This document shows, in pieces, positions 27,095 through 31,467 of a stretch of 31,467 nucleotides of DNA. The translations under genes were made by a program, and so were the position numbers. The stretch comes from a virus (lineage: Duplodnaviria > Caudoviricetes), in IMG/VR virus record IMGVR_UViG_3300020235_000546, positions 1 through 31,467 of that record; one strand, 5' to 3'. Positions within the stretch are counted from its first letter, which is position 1. Every line of letters starts with the position of its first letter. The notes under the pieces are model-generated. The model did not search any database and was not told the origin of the DNA. It was given only the letters and a program-made list of their open reading frames with translations.

Positions 27095-28230
27095 TTACTA
27101 AAATTTTACAGATGAAAGAATTTTTGATTGGTCGAGGTTTTTCCTACGTGGAAGCTGAACGCGCTGCACAGGCATATTACAGCGAACCTGAGCCTCCATA
27201 CGCTAAGCCTTGGCCACCAACGGGTATGGGTATGGACTTGATGCCACAGCTTAATCTCCTACAAGTCTTTGACAGTGGCAGTCCTCCATACTTTCAACCA
27301 AACACAGAGGGTACAACTGAACCTTATCCTACATTTCCTACACCTGATCCACTTGGAGCTGTGAAAACAAATGAGCCAATCTACGATCCAAGTGGCAGTA
27401 ACATAGGACACACTTATCAAATTGCAAACCACGTGGCCCAGGGGGATCAAACCAACTGGCTAGGGTTACAAACCCATATTCCAGCTCAACCACCTACTCT
27501 GAATGTAATCCCTTGGAATACAGCTTTAACGATCCAGCCTTGGAGATATGATATTGAACAATCTCAGATGCAACCAAACACCAGGCCAATCTCAATTTAC
27601 CCAAGTGGCCAATTGAATGAAACTAAGAATATGCAAGAAATAATTGGTCAAGTCCGACAAGAATTTACATGGCTTTCTGAGGATTACATTTTCAGGGCGA
27701 AAGGATTAGCTGAGCAAGCTGGAGGAGTTCTATATCTTATAAGAGCCAGTCAAGAAGCTATCACAGATCACAGATCCGAGGGAGAGCCATACAGGAGATT
27801 ACTCTCAGCTGATGAATTATTGCCAATGGCTCGCACAGCTATCGGACATGGTATGGACATTAACCACAATCCAGAATGGCAAACTGGAGCGAAAATAATA
27901 GATAGTGAGTTTGATATTGCTACAAAGTCAATTCAAATGTTAGTCTTAGAAACTGATCCAGAAATTAATCAAGCAATAAGTAACCAACAAATAACAGCTG
28001 TTTCAATCAACGGAGGATCGCCAAGGGAGGAAGCAGTACAACCTTGCGATCATAATTGTTCGCATGGGGAGTGCGAACTCTGTTTAGTACCTAGGGGAGT
28101 GGTTCTTGCAGAAAATGATGATATTGCTTTGACTTGGGTTGTAACTGATCCTAGAGGAATTGTTTGGAAAGGCAACGTAATTCCTTATGCAGAGCCAGGA
28201 GTTAAGACGACTATTATACAGCCTCTTTAA
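27076..28230 (+). CDS. prohead maturation protease (assemblin-like) with Pro-rich N-terminal extension
   Basis: DINHN...DSEF...AVSING...IALT...PG motif order; between portal and scaffold/MCP. Confidence 0.6.
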   Translation: MSQEEIITKILQMKEFLIGRGFSYVEAERAAQAYYSEPEPPYAKPWPPTGMGMDLMPQLNLLQVFDSGSPPYFQPNTEGTTEPYPTFPTPDPLGAVKTNEPIYDPSGSNIGHTYQIANHVAQGDQTNWLGLQTHIPAQPPTLNVIPWNTALTIQPWRYDIEQSQMQPNTRPISIYPSGQLNETKNMQEIIGQVRQEFTWLSEDYIFRAKGLAEQAGGVLYLIRASQEAITDHRSEGEPYRRLLSADELLPMARTAIGHGMDINHNPEWQTGAKIIDSEFDIATKSIQMLVLETDPEINQAISNQQITAVSINGGSPREEAVQPCDHNCSHGECELCLVPRGVVLAENDDIALTWVVTDPRGIVWKGNVIPYAEPGVKTTIIQPL

Positions 28231-28264
28231 CAAAACAACTTTAAACTATACCTTTCGAGTGCGA
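28230..28264 (+). promoter_or_regulatory. late promoter copy 1 (BRE/TATA, leaderless)
   Basis: acaaaacaactttaaactatacctttcgagtgcga, 33/35 identical to 29137-29171. Confidence 0.8.
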
Positions 28265-28267
28265 ATA

Positions 28268-29110
28268 ATGAAGTTACAAGAATGTAAGTCCTTGGCAGAT
28301 GCTCAATCAATTCTACGAGGTACTACACCAACATTCCGAAAAACTGTTGAAACTGCTTTTGCATTAATAAGCAATCGAGATCCATCTCAGCAAGCACTTG
28401 GCCAAGGTTTTATGGCAACTGCTATCCAAGAATTGGATGCAGCCGAAGAACCAACTCCAAAGGAATCTCCAGGCCTAAAAACCAAAGGAGATCACTTCGT
28501 AAAAGAAGAACTCTTAGCTGGTGGGGATAAAAGCGGAACTGACGGAAGTGAACAATCAACTGACAATACTGAGCCTTACAAACAAGAGGGTACAGAAGAA
28601 CCAGTTGGAGATTTAGGTAATCCAGAAATGGCAACCGAAAATCAAATGAAAGAGGGCTTTGGTCAACCACCCATGATGGGAGGTCAGATGCCAGGACCAC
28701 CAGGACTTGATCCACAATTGGCTCAACAAATGGCTCCTAGTATGCCACAGATTCCTCCAATGAACACTCCACAACAGATCCAACAAATGCAATATACAGT
28801 CAAAAAATACATGGAAGCTTATGTCGCTCCAATGAGGGATCAAATCATTAAACAAAATAGAGCTATCAAAAGTCTTGCTACGCAAGTACAAGAAACTAAG
28901 ACAGCCTCATTAGGATTGGATCTTCATAACGTGAGAGATAAGAAACATCCAGTGGTTAGAGAAACAATGCCAAAAGTTGTTACCAATGTTGTTATCCCTG
29001 GTCAAACTGGTCCTCGTATTTATGAGAAACACTACAATCTTGAAGAAGCTAAACAGCAAATCCGAGATTTGGATAAGTTGATTTCAAACAGTCCAACCCC
29101 TTACCAATAG
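28268..29110 (+). CDS. capsid scaffolding protein
   Basis: Acidic and P/Q/M low-complexity middle plus coiled coil; position; ATG right after the promoter. Confidence 0.6.
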   Translation: MKLQECKSLADAQSILRGTTPTFRKTVETAFALISNRDPSQQALGQGFMATAIQELDAAEEPTPKESPGLKTKGDHFVKEELLAGGDKSGTDGSEQSTDNTEPYKQEGTEEPVGDLGNPEMATENQMKEGFGQPPMMGGQMPGPPGLDPQLAQQMAPSMPQIPPMNTPQQIQQMQYTVKKYMEAYVAPMRDQIIKQNRAIKSLATQVQETKTASLGLDLHNVRDKKHPVVRETMPKVVTNVVIPGQTGPRIYEKHYNLEEAKQQIRDLDKLISNSPTPYQ

Positions 29111-29117
29111 TAAGGAA

Positions 29118-29135
29118 TTTCCTTTTTTATTTTTT
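29118..29135 (+). terminator. oligo-T terminator
   Basis: tttccttttttattttttt after the scaffold stop. Confidence 0.6.
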
Positions 29136-29136
29136 C

Positions 29137-29171
29137 ACAAAACAACTATAAACTATCCCTTTCGAGTGCGA
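29137..29171 (+). promoter_or_regulatory. late promoter copy 2
   Basis: acaaaacaactataaactatccctttcgagtgcga, 2 nt before ATG 29174. Confidence 0.8.
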
Positions 29172-29173
29172 TT

Positions 29174-29653
29174 ATGACAAATCTTTATCCAGGTCTAGCA
29201 CGTGGTCCAATCGATCACAAGTCTAGTTCCGTGATAAATATTATCGCAAACGAAACGAATATGGAAATGGGAGGCTGTGTTAAATTAGCAGCCCCACCCA
29301 GCACAGAACTATTACCAAGAGCCGACAAAGTTGACACGGCTGGTGAGGATTCCTATGGAATTACCATCGGTGGCGACAACGACGGAATTTATGGTGATGG
29401 TGGTGCAAGTCCAGCTGATAACACAACTAAAGCAACCCTACTCGTAGGTGATGCTGTTGTATTGTGTACCCAAGGTAGATGCCTTGCTAGAATTTCTGAA
29501 AACGTTATACTTGGTGACGAACTAGGTGCTGACGGTACAGGAGATATGGCAAAAGCTGATGCTGCTGGTAACATGATACTTGCAACTGCTTTACAAGCTG
29601 GATCTGCTGGTGACATAATCGCAGTTGACGTACAAAGGGAGGGACAGTTCTAA
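29174..29653 (+). CDS. capsid decoration/cement protein (DUF2190-like)
   Basis: GD.V.L...G......V..GD.L.AD..G....A......A.AL.A...GDII.V pattern; directly before MCP. Confidence 0.7.
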   Translation: MTNLYPGLARGPIDHKSSSVINIIANETNMEMGGCVKLAAPPSTELLPRADKVDTAGEDSYGITIGGDNDGIYGDGGASPADNTTKATLLVGDAVVLCTQGRCLARISENVILGDELGADGTGDMAKADAAGNMILATALQAGSAGDIIAVDVQREGQF

Positions 29654-29654
29654 A

Positions 29655-30854
29655 ATGGCAGGCTCTAAACCAAAACACAATAGATCCAGTATCTTAGCAC
29701 TCCCTGAAATGGCACACATTAGAGAAGCTCTAATGTTAGGAGCAGAAGCTTCACAGGCCAACGGTAGAGGATTTGATATTTTCAAACCAATCCGTGAAAC
29801 TCCATTGGGAGTATTCTTTGATCGTCATAGTGCTAATGGTTTCGAGGACGGTAAGCTAAACCCTAACCTAGACAAAGTTTGGTTCTCACAATATGGAATA
29901 AGAATCGGAGATATGGCAACCACCAATCCAACAATCGGTGGGCAAGCACTCCGAGAAACTGTGTCCATACCAAATACACTATCTGCTTTGAAAATTGCAG
30001 ATGAAATTTTGGAAGGAGCTGAGCCTTGGTCAGATTGGAAACAGTATTTTAGATTGATTGACATGGACACTCCAAAAGTGAATGTCCCAATCACAAAATA
30101 TACTGACACAGTCGGTGGTAGTGTGGACGACCAAAAAGGTATAGAAATATACAAAGAGGCCGGAGGAACACCCCCAGCAATAGGCGGAAAAGTTACAACC
30201 GTAGAACTCGATACAAGTGGTACAAACAACTCTTACAGAGGTACACTATCTGTCAACAGAAACGATGTGAAAGACAATAATTTCCTTGCAGTTGAGCAAT
30301 CGCTCAAAAACGCTGGAAACGAGTTTTATTACATGGTTGGTGAAAAACTAATCAGAACGTTACTAGCTGACTCAAATGTACCAACTGATACAAAAGCAAA
30401 CCTAGCTATTAGCACTCCAATACAAGCAGAGTTTGAAGCATTGATCAACGTTATCAGAGGTATCTTTCCAGGTACTCAAAGAAATCGTGCAGATACAATG
30501 TTCATTCATCCAACTGATGCTATGGAATCTGTTAGAAACGCTGGTACAAATGGCGAGTGGCCATTCCTCAGTAGATTCATCGTTGGACCTACTGACAACA
30601 CTGATGTTATCAACAACAGTGGATTAGCCGCGGCACTAGGCCTCAGAAATGTTTGGGAAACTCCCCAGATAGAACAAGGCAAGGTACTCATCGTGAAAAG
30701 AGATATTGCTCAAGTAGTCGGTCTAAGAGAAGATTTGACCATTGAAAACTTCGACCTAAGCGTAGGTGGATTGTATGAATCTGATCTCTTGATTAGATTC
30801 CACGCAAAACCAGCTCATGCTGACGTTGGTGCGTTCATAATCAATACGTTCTAA
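29655..30854 (+). CDS. major capsid protein (HK97 fold)
   Basis: 399 aa; IADEILEGAE...EAGGTPP...ADTMFIHP...LGLRNVWETPQIEQGKVLIV...; strong terminator after. Confidence 0.85.
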   Translation: MAGSKPKHNRSSILALPEMAHIREALMLGAEASQANGRGFDIFKPIRETPLGVFFDRHSANGFEDGKLNPNLDKVWFSQYGIRIGDMATTNPTIGGQALRETVSIPNTLSALKIADEILEGAEPWSDWKQYFRLIDMDTPKVNVPITKYTDTVGGSVDDQKGIEIYKEAGGTPPAIGGKVTTVELDTSGTNNSYRGTLSVNRNDVKDNNFLAVEQSLKNAGNEFYYMVGEKLIRTLLADSNVPTDTKANLAISTPIQAEFEALINVIRGIFPGTQRNRADTMFIHPTDAMESVRNAGTNGEWPFLSRFIVGPTDNTDVINNSGLAAALGLRNVWETPQIEQGKVLIVKRDIAQVVGLREDLTIENFDLSVGGLYESDLLIRFHAKPAHADVGAFIINTF

Positions 30855-30861
30855 GCGACAA

Positions 30862-30884
30862 TTTTCCTTTTTTTCTTTTTTTTT
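30862..30884 (+). terminator. oligo-T terminator
   Basis: Long T-rich tract starting ttttcctttt after the MCP stop. Confidence 0.7.
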
Positions 30885-30928
30885 CTACTAATCAAAATAC
30901 CTTTAAATCATATTTCTAAGAGAATTGT

Positions 30929-31204
30929 ATGACTATTGCTTGTACGCGATGCGGGGCTACGGAAGATGGCGACATTATTTTACCTCCTATTGCGTTCAAA
31001 TTCAAGCATAATTTAGGGTGTGGTCACGGAGTCGGACCACTAGCCGTATTACCAGGGAGCTCTAAAAAGAAACCTGATACTTCAATTGTAGAATCTGTAA
31101 AACAGGTTTTTACAGATACTAAAAAAGAAGTAAAAGTTGAGGAAAAGCTTGAGAAAGCCAAACATAAATCAGAAAAGACTAAAGTGTTTGGTAAAAAAGA
31201 CTAA
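30929..31204 (+). CDS. Zn-binding, Lys-rich small protein
   Basis: CTRC...H..GC, K/E-rich tail; BRE/TATA aaaatac-CTTTAAAT 30894-30908. Confidence 0.65.
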   Translation: MTIACTRCGATEDGDIILPPIAFKFKHNLGCGHGVGPLAVLPGSSKKKPDTSIVESVKQVFTDTKKEVKVEEKLEKAKHKSEKTKVFGKKD

Positions 31205-31216
31205 TCTAATATAATT

Positions 31217-31243
31217 TACTACTACCACCACTACCACCACTAC
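31217..31243 (+). repeat. (YAC)9 trinucleotide tract
   Basis: tac tac tac cac cac tac cac cac tac between a TATA-like box and ATG 31246. Confidence 0.85.
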
Positions 31244-31245
31244 CA

Positions 31246-31359
31246 ATGACGAAACAAGAAGCAGCAGTTTGCAAACATTGTAAACATATTTGGAAAACTA
31301 AATCCAAAGCAAAACAAGTCACTTGTCCCTCATGTGGTAGGAAAACACCTAATGACTAA
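31246..31359 (+). CDS. 37-aa Zn-ribbon protein
   Basis: CKHCKHIWKTKSKAKQVTCPSCG, typical archaeal CxxC..W..CPxCG microprotein. Confidence 0.7.
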   Translation: MTKQEAAVCKHCKHIWKTKSKAKQVTCPSCGRKTPND

Positions 31360-31361
31360 GA

Positions 31362-31467
31362 ATGAAAAAATCACCTTAATCATTATTGGTGTTACGGTAC
31401 TAACCATATTTGGTATAGGTGCAAGTAATGTATTTGCTGAAACCATAGCCGACGCAGTTCCAACCGA
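31362..31467 (+). CDS. secreted/membrane protein with Sec signal peptide (partial)
   Basis: MKKITLIIIGVTVLTIFGIGASNVFA|ETIA...; runs off the window. Confidence 0.6.

Noticed and set aside
23028-30691. Antisense/alternative ORFs in TerL, portal, scaffold and MCP (e.g. 24077-24493, 29825-30229)
   Set aside because: No recognisable motifs, unlike the MTase overprint; consistent with codon-bias shadows.
1-31467. Provirus boundaries, integrase or amoC-like auxiliary genes
   Set aside because: No recombinase, host genes or recognisable metabolic genes in the window; lifestyle cannot be determined.

Overview
This window is most of a head-tail (Caudoviricetes, HK97-fold) virus genome with archaeal expression signals: BRE/TATA boxes about 23-30 nt before start codons, GGAGGTGA Shine-Dalgarno (SD) sites, oligo-T terminators and many Cys-rich micro-ORFs. 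Two small ribbon-helix-helix-like ORFs resemble a family I recall from Nitrosopumilaceae, so an ammonia-oxidising thaumarchaeal host is inferred but not proven. Layout: 1-9.9 kb neck/tail module (connector, terminator/tube, tube, gp10-like, short tape measure, Dit, hub, repeat-containing fibre); 10-13.5 kb replication (SSB-like, HNH, primase-polymerase/SF3 helicase); 13.5-18.35 kb leftward operon of small early-type genes; 18.35-18.9 kb divergent non-coding region with nested inverted repeats and phased repeats; 18.9-22.5 kb regulators, micro-ORFs, an adenine MTase and a C5 MTase; 22.5-31.5 kb packaging/head (TerS?, TerL, portal, protease, scaffold, decoration, MCP). Main leads: (i) a 192-codon gene overprinted inside the C5 MTase, like two-component EcoHK31I-type enzymes; (ii) a candidate antisense sRNA at ~11.07-11.15 kb that carries an anti-SD sequence in a hairpin; (iii) a minimal tail with a terminator-tube fusion; (iv) a 35-bp duplicated late promoter and a repeated operator-like motif. 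All family calls are from motif recognition only; no searches were run.
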